In this document: positions 40,767 through 54,936 of the stretch, piece by piece | Numbering within the stretch: position 1 is the first letter of the stretch | Layout: every line of letters begins with the position of its first letter | NCBI GenBank assembly: GCA_012295275.1 | Contig: CM022671.1 | Span: 14,694,001 to 14,758,000 of the forward strand | Direction: 5' to 3' | DNA from: Chrysomallon squamiferum | Lineage: Eukaryota; Animalia; Mollusca | DNA: 64,000 nucleotides | Position numbers and translations under genes: made by a program | Notes under the pieces: generated by a model | Databases searched by the model: none | What the model was told of the DNA's origin: nothing | The model's input: the letters and a program-made list of their open reading frames with translations, nothing else

Positions 40767-41429
40767 TAGTGAATAACAGATTCAAGACTGATCATTTGAC
40801 CATACTATACACATTTAAAAATTGAATAACTATATTTGAATAAAATGTACGTAAATTGTTTGCATATGTAATAGTTATATTTGATTGCATCAGTTTTCTG
40901 TCTTCTTAATAAAGTGTCAAAGCTAATCAAAAACATTTCAGTGAAGAATAAAAGACATCTAGAAGGTGAATATTTTAAAATGGTACCTGATAAGCATCCT
41001 CCTCTTTCACAGTGATATATTTCTTATCGTGGAAATAGGTTCTGGCTTTCAGAATGTACAGTACAAATATATCACAAATAATAGTAGCCTAAAAAAAGAG
41101 AAAGAACCATTTTCATTTGTCACGATGAATATGTAAATACATATAAAACATTTTTTTAATATGCTAATACATGTATTTTTTTATTATTGTTATTTCAGCT
41201 TAAATTTTTTTAAATTTTATTTCATGTAGCTAAAATTTCGAAAGAATACTGACTTATTTATTACAACTGTTACACAGTCCAATGTATGAAAGTAAAAATA
41301 GGATTTATTTCAAGAGAGAAAAATATTTGTTTTATAAATGTTTTTGGTAGCAGTTTTTAAAGAGCCTCTTTAATAATTGCTATTACTGACAATGGAAAGC
41401 AATCCTAAATCACTTTGTATGCTATGTGT

Positions 41430-43795
41430 AAGTGTTACTACTATTTCCTATGCTTAGTATAAGTTTTCTAGTACATATATATTTAGTATAAGTTTTCTAG
41501 TACATACATATTTAGTATAAGTGTTACTAGTACTTCCTATGTTTAGTATAATGTTACTAGTCCTTCCTATGTTTAGTATAATGTTACTAGTCCTTCCTAT
41601 GTTTAGTATAATGTTACTAGTACTGTTACTAGTCCTTCCTATGTTTACTATAATGTTACTAGTACTTCCTATATTTAGTATATGTGTTACTATACTTCCG
41701 TGTTTAGTATCAGTATTACCAGTACTTCCTATCTTTAGTGTACTGTTATTAGTCCTTCCTATTAGTATAATGTTACTAGTACTATTACTAGTACTTTCTA
41801 TGTTTACTATAATGTTACTAGTACTTTCTATGTTTAGTATACTAGTGTTACTATACTTCTGTGTTTAGTATCAGTATTACCAATACTTCCTATGTTTAGT
41901 GTACTGTTACTAGTACTTTCTATGTTTTGTATAAGTGTTACTAGTATTTCCTATGTTAAGTATAAGTGTTATTAGTATTTCCTTTGTTTAATATAAGTGT
42001 TACTAGTATTTCCTATGTTTAGTAAGAGTGTTACTAGTACTTCCTGTTTAGTACAATGTTACTAGAACTTCCTATGTTTAGTATAGCTGTTACTACTACT
42101 TCCAGTGTTTAGGATAAGTGTTATTAATATTTCCTATGTTTAGTATAATGTTACTAGCACTTCCTATGTTTAGTATAATGTTACTAGTTCTTCCTATGTT
42201 TAGTATAATGTTACTAGCACTTCCTATGTTTAGTATAATGTTACTAGCACTTCCTATGTTTAGTATAATGTTACTAGTTCTTCCTATGTTTAGTATAATG
42301 TTACTAGCACTTCCTATGTTTAGTATAATGTTACTAGTTCTTCCTGTGTTTAGTATAATGTTACTAGCACGTCCTATGTTTAGTATAATGTTACTAGTTT
42401 TTCCTATGTTTAGTATAATGTTACTAGTTCTTCCTATGTTTAGTATAATGTTACTAGCACGTCCTATGTTTAGTATAATGTTACTAGTTCTTCCTATGTT
42501 TAGTATAATGTTACTAGTTCTTCCTATGTTTAGTATAATGTTACTAGTTCTTCCTATGTTTAGTATAATGTTACTAGTTCTTCCTGTGTTTAGTATAATG
42601 TTACTAGTTCTTCCTATGTTTAGTATAATGTTACTAGTTCTTCCTATGTTTAGTATAATGTTACTAGTTCTTCCTATGTTTAGTATAATGTTACTAGTTC
42701 TTCCTATGTTTAGTATAATGTTACTAGTTCTTCCTATGTTTAGTATAATGTTACTAGTTCTTCCTATGTTTAGTATAATGTTACTAGTTCTTCCTATGTT
42801 TAGTATAATGTTACTAGCACGTCCTATGTTTAGTATAATGTTACTAGTACTGTTACTAGTTCTTCCTATGTTTAGTATAATGTTACTAGCACGTCCTATG
42901 TTTAGTATAATGTTACTAGTACTGTTACTAGTTCTTCCTATGTTTAGTATAATGTTACTAGCACGTCCTATGTTTAGTATAATGTTACTAGCACGTCCTA
43001 TGTTTAGTATAATGTTACTAGTTCTTCCTATGTTTAGTGTAATTGTTTCGTATTTCCTATGTTTAGTATTATGTTACTAGTACTTCATATAACAGTTACT
43101 AGTACTTTTTGCATTTAGAATAAGTGTTACTATACTTCTGTGTTTAGTATCAGTGTTACTAGCACGTACTATTTTTAGTAACTTTTTCTAGTACTTTCTA
43201 TGTTTAGTATAACGGTTACTACTACTTCCTGTTTAGTATCTGTTTAGTATAATTCTACTAGTACTTCCTATGATCAGTATGTTACTAGTACGTTCTGTGT
43301 TTAGTATAATGTTACTATTTTTAGTATAAGTGTTACTAGTATTTTCTACTTTTAGTATTGTTACTAGTACTTCCTATGATTAGCAAAATGTTACTAGTAC
43401 TTCTGCGTTTACTATGAGTGTTATTACTATTTCCTATGTTTAGTACAATGTTACTAGTACTTCCTATGTTTAATATAAGTGTTACTAGTACTTTCTATGT
43501 TTAGTATAATGCTACTAGTACTTCCTAGGTTAAAATAATGTTACTAGTACTTCTGTTTAGTATACATGTTACTAGTATTTCCTGTGTTTTGTATATGTGT
43601 TACTAGTACTACCTATGTTTAGAATAATGTTATTAGTACTTCCCGTGTTTAGTATAACTGTTGCTAGTACTTCCTATGTTTAGTATCAGTGTTAATAGTA
43701 TTTGCTATGTCTAGTGTAAGTGTTACTAGTACTTCCTATGGTTAGTATAATGTTACTAATACTGCCTATGTTTAGTATAAGTGTTACTAGTTCTT
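41430..43795. repeat. 30-bp minisatellite, consensus GTTACTAGT(T/A)CTTCCTATGTTTAGTATAAT; homogeneous core about 42120-43040 with degenerate flanks
   Basis: Tandem periodicity is directly visible (two units per 60-nt line); it generates the repetitive MLLVLPMFSI ORF. Confidence 0.97.
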
Positions 43796-43953
43796 ACAAT
43801 GGAAAGCAATGCTAAACCACTTCCTCTATTTAGCATAAGTGGAACTGGATCAAACTTGCCAGCACGTCCTTGCACAGTGACAATAAAACGAATCCCATAC
43901 GCCTTTATCAGAGTTCTTTTAAACTTTCCATTGTCCTTATAATGATATGCGAA

Positions 43954-43993
<40 letters not shown>

Positions 43994-44727
43994 GATGATA
44001 AATAAGAACTAAGAAAGTAGTGTAAAATTAAACTGAACATTAAATTTAATTTTTTGAACCACACACACACAAAACACACACACACACAAAACTGTGGCAG
44101 GCTATCTAAAATTTAAAACTAGGTTAGATAAATAAATAGATAAAATGATGATTAATTTCTATTAATATATTTCTAGTAACATTTTATTCCAACAATTATC
44201 ACATTTTTAACCTTTTCCATAAACAAAGCCAAAACTGAACAATTACAAAAAAAATGGAAGTATTATTCTAGCCTGGCAAATCCTGCTCTGTAAATAATTC
44301 TTCTTCTTTGTGTTTTGTGTTACTTTTTCATGGATAATTTGTTACAATAAACTGATTGTGCTGTGGCACCTACTTCAGCAATCACTGCTCATAGTTTAAA
44401 GGATTCTCAATTCAGCTGTAAATTATGCTGTGATATAATTTTGTGAAGAAACAAAATAATCACATTCTGTGTGAAGTGTCTTGTTTTTCAAACTGACAGA
44501 CACACAACCAATCAGACAGATTCAGAAATTTCTTGAAAAAAATGGATCAATCTAAAAATATTAATTCAGAAGAGAAAATTATTTGTCATCTCAAGGAATA
44601 TGTTACTAAATCATGAACTATCAAATTTAAATTTGGGTCAGCCCAGTTTGTACAATTTCTCCACACTCGCCAAAATAAACCATGAGAAAAATAATTAAAT
44701 GTGAATGTAACATTTTATATATCATTA

Positions 44728-44921
44728 TATAAATACTAGTATTACTTATTCAAAACATCTGGAGTATTAGTAACATTACACTAACCATAGGCAGTATTAG
44801 TAACATTATACTAACCATAGGAAGTACTAGTAACACTTACACTAAACATAGCAAATACTAGTAACATTATACTAACCATAGGAAGTACTAGTAACACTTA
44901 CACTAAACATAGCAAATACTA
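44728..44921 (-). repeat. Inverted block of about six units of the same 30-bp minisatellite
   Basis: TAGTAACATTATACTAACCATAGGAAGTAC units are the reverse complement of the array at about 43690-43790; absent from the homologous site at 60441-60461. Confidence 0.9.
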
Positions 44922-45759
44922 GTAACATTTTATATGTCATTAATCATATTACATTACACTGTTTCACAATCAGCAACTTACCTTTTCACTCCAAATTTTG
45001 GAAATTCTATATTATTTTTAATGAAAACAGTAAAATTCTTTGACACAATGAGAGCAGGCACACTGGGTCTAGAACGAAAAAGAAATTGTTTAGCAATTTA
45101 CATTGTACATAGTAATATGATAAAGAGTATTAGTTATATTAAGTTACAACATTCAGTTCAGTGACATCATTATATTACTACTAAATACAAAATGTCAGTC
45201 TTGATATTAAACAAAGATAAATCAAAATTGTACAGTTTATTTTTACTAAACATAAAATTTATACAGTAGCAAACTGATAAAATAATTATGAATATCCAAG
45301 ATAACCAAAAATGGTTTGTCCATGTGTAACGAGAATGTATGGGTGTGTGATTTGTTTGTGTTTGAGTGTGTCTGTATGTGGTTTTTTTTTGTGTGTGTGT
45401 GTGTGTGCGCATGTATCTGTGTTTGTGTTTCTTTGTGTATGTGTGTGTAGTAGTATGTGTTAGTGGGGTTATTTGTGCATTAATGGTTGGTATGGTGTGC
45501 ACGTGTGTATCTGTGTGTGTATTTGTGTGTGCTGCTAGTATGTTTCTGTGTGTGTGTGTTTCTGTGTGTCTCTGTGTGTGTTTTGTACGGAATGGAAGTA
45601 CTGTTTTAAGCAAACTTACTTTTTGTGTACTTCTAGCGGACACCAGGCGTGAATAGCACAGACTTTAAGACTTGTGTTTCTATACCTAACAACACAACCA
45701 TTATAATTACTTTTACTTTTGTTTTGTCACAGACAAGGTAAACCGAAATTATTAGATTC

Positions 45760-46015
45760 TAATATGTTTCAAATAATTCTGAATGTTTACAAATTATTAC
45801 TGAATGTTTAAAATTACTGCTGAATATGTTTCAAATTATCCATATTTTACCGTATGTTCATTCTTTTGTTGAATATGTTTTAAATTATTAACAAATATTT
45901 TTCAAATTATTAATGAACACAGTTCAAAATTATTAATGAATGAATTTACATATTAATGCTGAATATGTTTCAAATTATTAACAAATACGTTTCAAATTAT
46001 TAATGAAAATAATTC
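45760..46015. repeat. Homologous degenerate ~21-bp tandem repeat in the pseudogene copy
   Basis: Same TGTTTCAAATTATTA units as 61190-61560. Confidence 0.8.
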
Positions 46016-47223
46016 AGATCAGGTTACAGCGTTAATCTAGGCAGATATGTGAAGTAACAACTTACCATTTCCCCCAGGTAAACTAAGTCCTTCTGTACAG
46101 TGACTGTCATTTTTACACTGAGCACCAGTCACAATGAACTCCTGTGTGACAAACATCTCACTTTAATAAACATGTTTAATGGCGAAATATCCACTATACA
46201 TGTGTGTGTGTATATATATATATACATACATGCACACACGTACATGTCACTTTATTAAACATGTTTCATGCGTGTGTACACACACATACACACACCACAT
46301 ATACATACATACATACATATACACACGTGTATATGTATATTTTTGTATTTGTGTGTGTCTCTATGTGTGTTTGTGTGTGTGTTCTTATGTATATGGAAGT
46401 TATACAATTTATTTTTAAAAACTGTTTATTTAAAGACAAAAAATATGTAATCCAACACATGTAGTATAAGACATAGCATTTCATTGTATAAATATATGTG
46501 TTTACTATTTAATTAATGAGTATAATTATTGTTTTTATTGTTGTTATAATCACTGTCTATGATCTGTATGAAATTAGGAAATAGTGCAGTTATTATTTAT
46601 TATATGTATTCACTAAAATAGATTGTGCAAATATTATCTTTATTATTATGTCATTTATCGATTAAGAAATAGTTCATTAATTGTTTTACAAGATAAAATT
46701 GTGTTTTAATTTACTAATGCTAAATGTGAGTTTACCTCATCATAGGTACCCTGGACCTGGTCACGTGTGATTATCATATTTGTCATGACGAAAAAAGCAT
46801 TGTTTTCCTAAAACACAAAACAATTATTTACTCTGGATTTATTTACACTATCTTTCATTATTATCAATAAACAGTCTTATAAATAAAGTATAATTGTGTT
46901 ACTTGAATGACAGCATTATCAGTCTTACAAAATGAAATAATTCTCAATACTTAAAACATTCTCTATACTTACAGATTATGTTTTGTTTGTTTTTAGCAAC
47001 CATTCTTAATTAATAATGAAAGTATGACAGTTTTTAAAATAGAAGACACACACACATACACACACATTCACACATATCTGCATGCATCTTCCTTTTTAAA
47101 AACAATTTTTATATCTAATTTAAAGATATCATGATGATTACCACCATTATTCATGACAACATGACATTCAGGATGCTTTAAATTGCTTTAAAACTTTTTG
47201 TAGTGTTGTCAGTAAAAATACAA

Positions 47224-48225
47224 TACAGTGGAACCTCCGGTTTCGAACTTAATTCGTTCCAGAACTCGGTTCGTAAACCGAATTGTACGTAAACCGAAAC
47301 GATATCAGATACATTAACACCATTTTCATGTTTTGCAATTACAGTGGTAACTCGACTTACGAGTTTAATTCGTTCTGTGGCCCAGCTCGTAACTCAATTT
47401 GATCGTATATCAAATCAATTTTCCTAATTGAAATTTATTGAAATACCATTAATCCATTCCAGCCCCCAAAACCACCACAGTTTTTTGTAAAGTGTTTTGG
47501 AATCAAAAAATATATTTATAAATGACAAATATAAATGAAAAAAAAAAAAAATATAAGAGAATGTAAAGATTTCATACTTTAATTCAATGGACATCATCTG
47601 CTTCTTCTTCTCAGCACTGTCATTTGCACTGATTTTTTAAGGATCCATGGAAAGGTGGGGACAAAATGCACAAAACGCGAGCAGAACACAACAGAGCTGT
47701 TTCCAGAGCGAGTTAACCACGTGAAGTAAACGAGTGAGATTGCGTATCGATCATTAAACTCTAAAGGCCCTAATTTATGATATATATTTGCTGTAGGGCA
47801 TGCTATAATCCTTACTGTGACCTCGGTTTTATACTTTTCACCAGCATTATCGCTTTCACTTTTTGTTTTCTAGGGCGCCATATTGGATAGGTTTATAATT
47901 AAAAAAATATACACAAAAAAGCACCAACCCTTTAAAATATGCAAGCGCACAATCTCAAAACCAAAACTATTGAGGTGCAACTGCGATTGAAAACAAAATG
48001 CCATAATTCATGATATATATTTGCAATAGGACATGCCTATAATCCTTACTTTGACCTTTGTCTTGACGTAAGCATCTATTTTTATCTTTACTAGATGTTG
48101 ACGTCAAAACCGACGTCAATAGAAAGCTTGTCGTGGCGCGTCGCTGTAATTCGAAACTCGGGACATTATTCGTAAACCGAGACAAAAATTGCCCAAGATC
48201 ACGGATCGTAATGCGATTTCTTCGT
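47224..48225. mobile_element. Non-autonomous pogo/Tigger-like (Tc1/mariner superfamily) DNA transposon remnant, left end retained
   Basis: TA followed by CAGTGGAACCTCCGGTTTCGAAC at 47224; subterminal TTCGTAAACCGA at both ends; GC-richer than the flanks; no transposase ORF seen. Confidence 0.65.
47340..47760. mobile_element. Second pogo/Tigger-like fragment inside the first element
   Basis: TA followed by CAGTGGTAACTCGACTTACGAGTTTAATTCGTTC at 47340; the segment is missing from the homologous element at 62441-62966; right boundary approximate. Confidence 0.55.
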
Positions 48226-48509
48226 ACATTTAGCTGTATTGCTGCAGGTTCACTTTAACTAGTATTTTTTCAATTAATTTTACTTTAGCTAATAATGACT
48301 TTGAACGTGCACATATCTGAGTGAAAAGAGACTTTCAAGGCAATTCCACAACAAGATTGTCTTTTGAGTGGATTTACAAAATGTGGAATTTTTGATGTAA
48401 TGGGTAATAGTAAAAATTTATATCCAGTGTGTGCCTTGATCTTTGTAGTATGAGGGAAAGAAAACTTCATACCACATTACAGATGATAACAAAAATAATT
48501 TTAAAACAA

Positions 48510-48542
<33 letters not shown>

Positions 48543-48659
48543 CGTGTGGATGGATGGGTGGACAGACGCACACACACACACACACACACACACATTTACT
48601 TTATATAGACTCTAGATATATGATATAATAAGATATACACAAATTATATTTTCAGAAAA

Positions 48660-48700
<41 letters not shown>

Positions 48701-50492
48701 CTCACCTCTGTCAGTTTAATATTACTTTTTGAAAATGTATTTTAAAAGCATCAATAATCACCCACTTACAACCATATTTTATATATGTCACAGGAAATGT
48801 GCATTATGAGGAAATATGAAAATTTCAGAAAATGTGTGTAGTCACTGAAAGTAATGTGTTCAGTTCTGCAGTCTTCACAGTGGAATTAAGTGTTTCCCAT
48901 TACCGGAAACGTTGGGTTCTGGTATGTGTCATCATCTGTCATCCTTCCTGAAATTCACCATTGAATGCAGTCAGAGAATTTTTTTTTTTTTGCTACCATT
49001 GCATTGCCAAGTTCCTAAGTGAATCAGATGTTACACGTAGTTTCAATATTTTCAGGAATTACACATACTTCCTAATAACACATATTTCCTGTAACACATA
49101 CAAAACATTAACTCATGACAAGCGCTCTGTTTTACTCAAACATTTCACATCTGAAATTTGATGTCTTGTTTTCACAGCCTTCCTTTTTCTTTACTTATCA
49201 TTATAATCATCTAAAATATAAATATCGATTTTTAAATAGTAAAATAACATTTTTATTTTTATTTTATTTAATCTCTGATTAACCTTCTTCCTTCAGAGGT
49301 GATTATATTGTGATCTTAATTGTTCAACTGTTTAATAGAAACTGAAGACTCTTGCTGGTATGAAATGTCAAATATTGGCTCATTAAAACTCATAGAACAT
49401 GCTGAAACATTACACATATGATCTGGACACAGAAGATGATAGTAACAGTATTTCTTTATATACCAGCAAAAAAAGATATATCTGCTTCTAAAAAAAAAAT
49501 CAAGGTCATTGCACAAACAGTACTTGATCATTTATGTTGTGTTGATTTAGTTTTTGTTGTTGAGTATACTGCATGGGATGGTATCACATCTTCAGCTATC
49601 AAGTGGACTACCAGGCAATATAATCTCCTCTGTGATGTAGTAATATTTTCGAAAAAATGGCTGGATGACAAAATAATTAACAAACAGTATTTATATAATT
49701 CTGAAGGATCTAAAAGGTGTTGAAAAGCTCTATAGCTCAGTATTGTAATTCTGTTTTAGGGGTTGGGTATTTTTGCAGCTTAATGTGAGAAATGGCTGGC
49801 TAATGTATTTAATGTTGTTTGTTTATTTCCTTCAAACATTTTGTTCTCATCTTTAACCCTCTCTTTTTGTTTTGAAAATATTTTATATTTGAATAGGGGG
49901 AAATATTTTGATGACATATTATTTGAAATGAAGCCTTTAGTATTGCAGGAACTCTGACTTTCACTATGTAAAATTTAGCCAAGTTTCCTTTTAACATGAA
50001 AAATGGTGTTTTAAAGATACAGAGTGGAAGTATTAGCAAGGAAGTAAGAACAAAAATTCTAAACTAGAATTACAAACAGAGATATAAAAAAATAAATAAA
50101 TAAACATATTTTGTATTACAGTTTATTGCATTTAAAAATAATAAAATAACATAATGGTGGTAAGTGATTACTTGCTGTCAGTTACCTGTATTTGTATTTT
50201 TTCAACATTTGATCTCAGGTGAAGAAATTGGTTAATCTTTTTATATAACCATTTTTACAGTGGTATTGGATCTTTTTGATTAATTATCATTTTTACAAAA
50301 AATATATTACTTTAGATATGCTAATTAGAACAAAAAGTGATAGAGTCAAATTAACAAAGAATTTCTACAATTGCTGTAGAATACTTAAATAAAAATATAA
50401 ATGCAAAATAGTAGATAGTGATCATTAAATTCATTTCAAAAGTCCTAAGTTTAAAGAAAAATGGTAAAACAGGGCATCATGGCTAAAATTAA

Positions 50493-50535
<43 letters not shown>

Positions 50536-51409
50536 ACAGTAAACCTTTGATTAGTGCTGTTATTGGCTCTCTGGTGTCATTTATATCAAACCCACAGTAT
50601 CCAAAGATAAGAAGTACCAGTTGAAATAATTATGTTTAATTCTTGAAAAGCAATTTCTTTTAAATTTAAAAGATTTTTTTTTTTTTTTTTTTTCTACTAT
50701 TTACATTTTTCTTTCTTTCTTTCTTTCTTATTATTATTATTATTTTTTTTTTTTTTACAGATATTTGTAATCCATTTAACATAACTTTGAAATTTAATGC
50801 AAGAAAAACCAATCTAAAGCTGAATATTTTTTACACAATATCTGATTTATGAAGTAATCTAAACCACACTAATAAACAGATTATTGTACTGAAAAATAAA
50901 AACAAAAAGCTACAATCATTATTCACTGTAAAATTTTACAACACTCAACAAAGAGGACAAAAATAAAGATAATAAGTTTATCACATAAATTACACAAAAC
51001 ATGGAAACTCTTCCTTCAACACAATATTGAACAAAAAGATTTTTAAAAAACAGTGCACATTATACTTTTTACAGCAGTTTTCATTTGCACTGTTACTAAA
51101 AAATATAAAAATTATGGCAAAAGGAAAACATAATGCTAAGCAAAAATTATGCATGAATAATCTTTGCTTTGATGCTTACTGAAGCAGGCAGTTGGAGCTA
51201 CTGAATTACTATGTATATATGGAAATGTGATAGAAAACAGTAATAATAAAAATAATAATAATTATTACCAACATCATCATCATCATTATTATTATAAAAA
51301 TGAGACATGGTACTTAATTGCTAAACAAAAAAATCACTAATCAAAAGTCTTCACAATTTTGCTGCATTCTGCGAATCATTGTTGAAGGAGAATGACTTGA
51401 GACATCTTG

Positions 51410-54400
51410 TTAAGTCTGTGGTCCACTTTCATCCAGAGTCTGAAACAACAAACAGCAGTTTTATAATACAGAAATTAATTAAAACATGGCAAGCTGAAAG
51501 TTTTCTCTTAGTTGATGCTTTTTTTCATGATTTCCTTTTCATTGAAGTTATTCTCATAATAATTACATCACATGCAAAAGATGAGTTCACCTACCTTAAT
51601 AATGAGTTAAAAAATAGAAATTAAAAATTAAAATAAAAATAAAGACTGATATTAGCAACATCTCCATGACATGATTAAAACTATTTTTCCTTTTGTTTTT
51701 GCTTTGAGTATTTTAAAAATCTGAAATGCTGTTAATATTATTATGACCATGTCTGTGTAAAATTTAGATGGTAATTTAACTTTTGCCCGGGTGATTATTT
51801 AAAAAAAAAAATCTTAACAGATTCTGTAAGGCAGTTCTAAATTAAATGTTTTTCATTCACATTAGTCAATAAAAAAAAACATTTCAACAGCATCAATAAC
51901 AATAATTTTAAACATGCCAATAGCATTAAAATTCAACATTTAAAAAAATAAATGTATTTTTTATTACCTAGAACTGTCCTGTCTGAGTAGATATAATGTA
52001 AATAAAAATATATATATTTTTTTATCATCTCTCTGTTGTAATAACATACCATTTTGTATTTTCATATACTGAACACGTATATTTACAGTATTTAACAGAC
52101 TTTTAAAACATTTATATCAAGGATATTTATATCTGATGTTCACGGTTTGAGTAAGGAATGAAGCATGAATAATAGATGAGCATGGACACTGGCTGTGCAG
52201 AGGTAGAAGAGCGAACATTTGTAGATATTTTCACAAATGTAAACTGGTTTTTGAAATTTATCCCCATCTCCTCAGATCACTTTGACAGTGATACCTGAAT
52301 TAATGCTAAAATATACAGGATGTAATAATAACCTGTATTAATAATTAAATTGATAGTATATGGAATAATAATTAAGAACATAAATTGCTGGATAAATAAA
52401 CCAGTTTTGCTAGGACTGCAAATGTAAACCAACCATCGAAGTTTAAAAAAAAAAAAAATTTTATTCAAAATTCTTTCCTCAGATTATCAATTATCTACAG
52501 AGTTCATTTCATTTTGAAAATGTTTTTAAAAACTTTAAATATCTATGAATACATCAAATTAAATATAACTAGTTTATAATCATGCTGCCAACAGTTGGGT
52601 TTCAAAATGGTTGTGGATTCTGGATAATCAAAACACAAAGACTTTTATAAACATGCATGTCTGTTACATTAATATTAGACAAAACAGAAATAACTAATCC
52701 TGTAATTCAGAATAATTAGCTTTGGTGAATGAATTAATGTAATAATGAATTATAGTCTGAAATGTTTTTATTTTGCAAATAATGAGAGTCAGAATAAATG
52801 AAATCATGAAATTTGACAGTTAAACAAAATCACAACAATAATGTATGTTAACCAACATAATTAATTTGTTGTGTAATGTAACTTACACATAAATAAAATT
52901 AATAAAAATGACCATAAAATTACACCATTTACAATAACAAAATTAAAAATAAAGATTTCCTCAGTTTATATATAATGATTTTATCATCTATATATCTGTG
53001 AATATATTTGTTATTAAATGAATAATCTATTTTAGCTCAGTTCTGAAAATCAAGACAACTGTTACATACAAACTGTCTATGTATTTTTACTATTATTTTA
53101 CTGCTAGTGTTCATCATTAGCTAGCACTGATTGATAAAACAAATAAAATAATAACTTTAAAGCATGCAGAATACATATTTGTTAAATTAACAATTTAAAG
53201 ATTTATTATTTTTATTTGTTATGATAAAGAATAAATTAGTTATCTAAATGATATTTACTCTTATTCATTATCTATAACATTTTTTGTTATAAAACAACAA
53301 AGAACAACACCCAAAAATATATTTCACCAGTACTTTAAAAGACAGACTGAAAGAACACCCTTCAAAACAGTGCACTTACATACAGGAGGACATTTACACA
53401 TACCAAAGCTAACAAACTACTTGTTCTCTCAAGTGTGTTTTGTACACAAACACTCACATCTTCATGGATGTTCAAATTATATTCTACACTTTCAGTTTTA
53501 TTTCTACAATCAACACAAATTGTCATGTTCACAAATAAATGTATTCTACAATTTATTGTTTCACATACATTTTAATTACAAAAGCCAAATTTAATACTTT
53601 TAATGGTTATTTGCATATTTGCACAGACACAGAAACGTTTGATTCCAGCAGATGAAAACAAAAAGTTAATTTATTTATGACAGAAATTCTAATTGAAATG
53701 TTTAACTTTGAAGAACAAGTAATTTATTTCTCTTGGCCTTTTTGCAAGCAACAAACAAACCTTCTGTTAAAAGAAACCAATTAGTTAGTTGTTAGTCATG
53801 GAGCCATACTGCGTACTGCCAGTCAATTCATTGGTAGATTTAAGATGCTCCTCCTTAATGCAGAAGAAGTAAATTGATTTTTTTAAATATATTTTATTTA
53901 CTGCAAGAGATTAAACTATAATTTTCTAGTTTGTACATGTTGTGAAAATGTAATTTGAACAGTATTAACATGTTTAACAACAGGATTGGATAAAGGAATG
54001 AAATTCAAGGTTATTTTTTTGTTTATGGCTGATTTGTTTCTTTAGTTTCAGTGTTTTTCCTTTGAAGAATTATGTTTTAAATTTTGTTGGTATCCTATAA
54101 ATACAAATTAAGTGTTAACATTATTAATAATTAGTGTTAGATACAAATACATTATCATTTAGTGGAATTATCTTTTAAACAACTGATAAAATAAAATTTA
54201 TTTCTAAGTATTCTCAAGAATATATTAGCCATAAGAAAACAGTGAATTTAAATTTTTTTATTTTTTTTTTTTTTTGTTCATTTATTTTACTAAGCTAAAT
54301 TCTGATTGTTAAACAATTTCAAAATCAAAATTCATCTTTATAAAAAAGAGAGTTATTATTCTACTTTTATAATCTAAATTAGTTGAATAATGACTATTCA

Positions 54401-54904
54401 TTTTACTTAATTTTTTAACAGTTTTATTTTTATATATATTATACTTTTTTTTATGATCATAGTATTTGACGGTAAATCTAAAATTCAGTGTTAAAGGATT
54501 ACATTTCTTAATAAGCAGAAAAGGGTATTTTATAGAATAAAAACAATAACCTGCAGTTTTGATAAGTCATTTGGAAATATCCCAATGTGACAAGTCCTGA
54601 CAAAAACCTCTAAGCAAAGAATTACAGCCCACCTTTCTGAGTATTTCAGCCAATACTTTCACAAACATTTAGAACATCAACATTCTCACAGAAATGCTGT
54701 TAGTTTGATGACAAAATTACATATGTCAACATCATATATCTTACTGATGGTTACTGCTGATTTAAACCCTGCACTTGTCAGAGATGTCAAAACACTACTA
54801 TAATCAATAAAGTGCATTATGTGTGGCAAAATAAATTTCTAAATCTGCTAAATCAGTGAAAAACAGTAATTGTTGTAGACATGGAATAATATTCAGTGTG
54901 CATA

Positions 54905-54936
<32 letters not shown>

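Larger units (their letters stand above)
40987..46807 (-). pseudogene. Unprocessed P2X pseudogene (partial tandem duplicate)
   Basis: Exon remnants 46807-46736, 46141-46066, 45685-45620, 45068-44982, 43954-43798, 41088-40987. Lesions: first ectodomain Cys to Tyr (TCDE to TYDE); third remnant is 66 nt versus 94 nt, giving a frameshift and TAG; both dorsal-fin exons and the NFR exon are absent; Ile to Arg in TM2 (LNRGSG); terminal exon absent; no 5' exons. Confidence 0.9.

Noticed and set aside
42118-43080. 320-aa ORF of MLLVLPMFSI repeats (also 41521-41868)
   Set aside because: Product of a stop-free 30-bp minisatellite inside a pseudogene intron; no unique sequence or gene context.
41430-43795. 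CRISPR-like array of ~30-bp repeats
   Set aside because: Units are head-to-tail with no unique spacers, there are no cas genes, and the context is eukaryotic.
44934-45164. Duplicated plus-strand ORF MSLIILHYTV (also 60435-60683)
   Set aside because: Antisense shadow of a P2X exon and its flanks within the segmental duplication.
47967-48185. Duplicated ORF MSRFTNNVPS (also 62709-62891)
   Set aside because: Lies within the duplicated non-autonomous transposon; lengths differ between copies and there are no transposase motifs.
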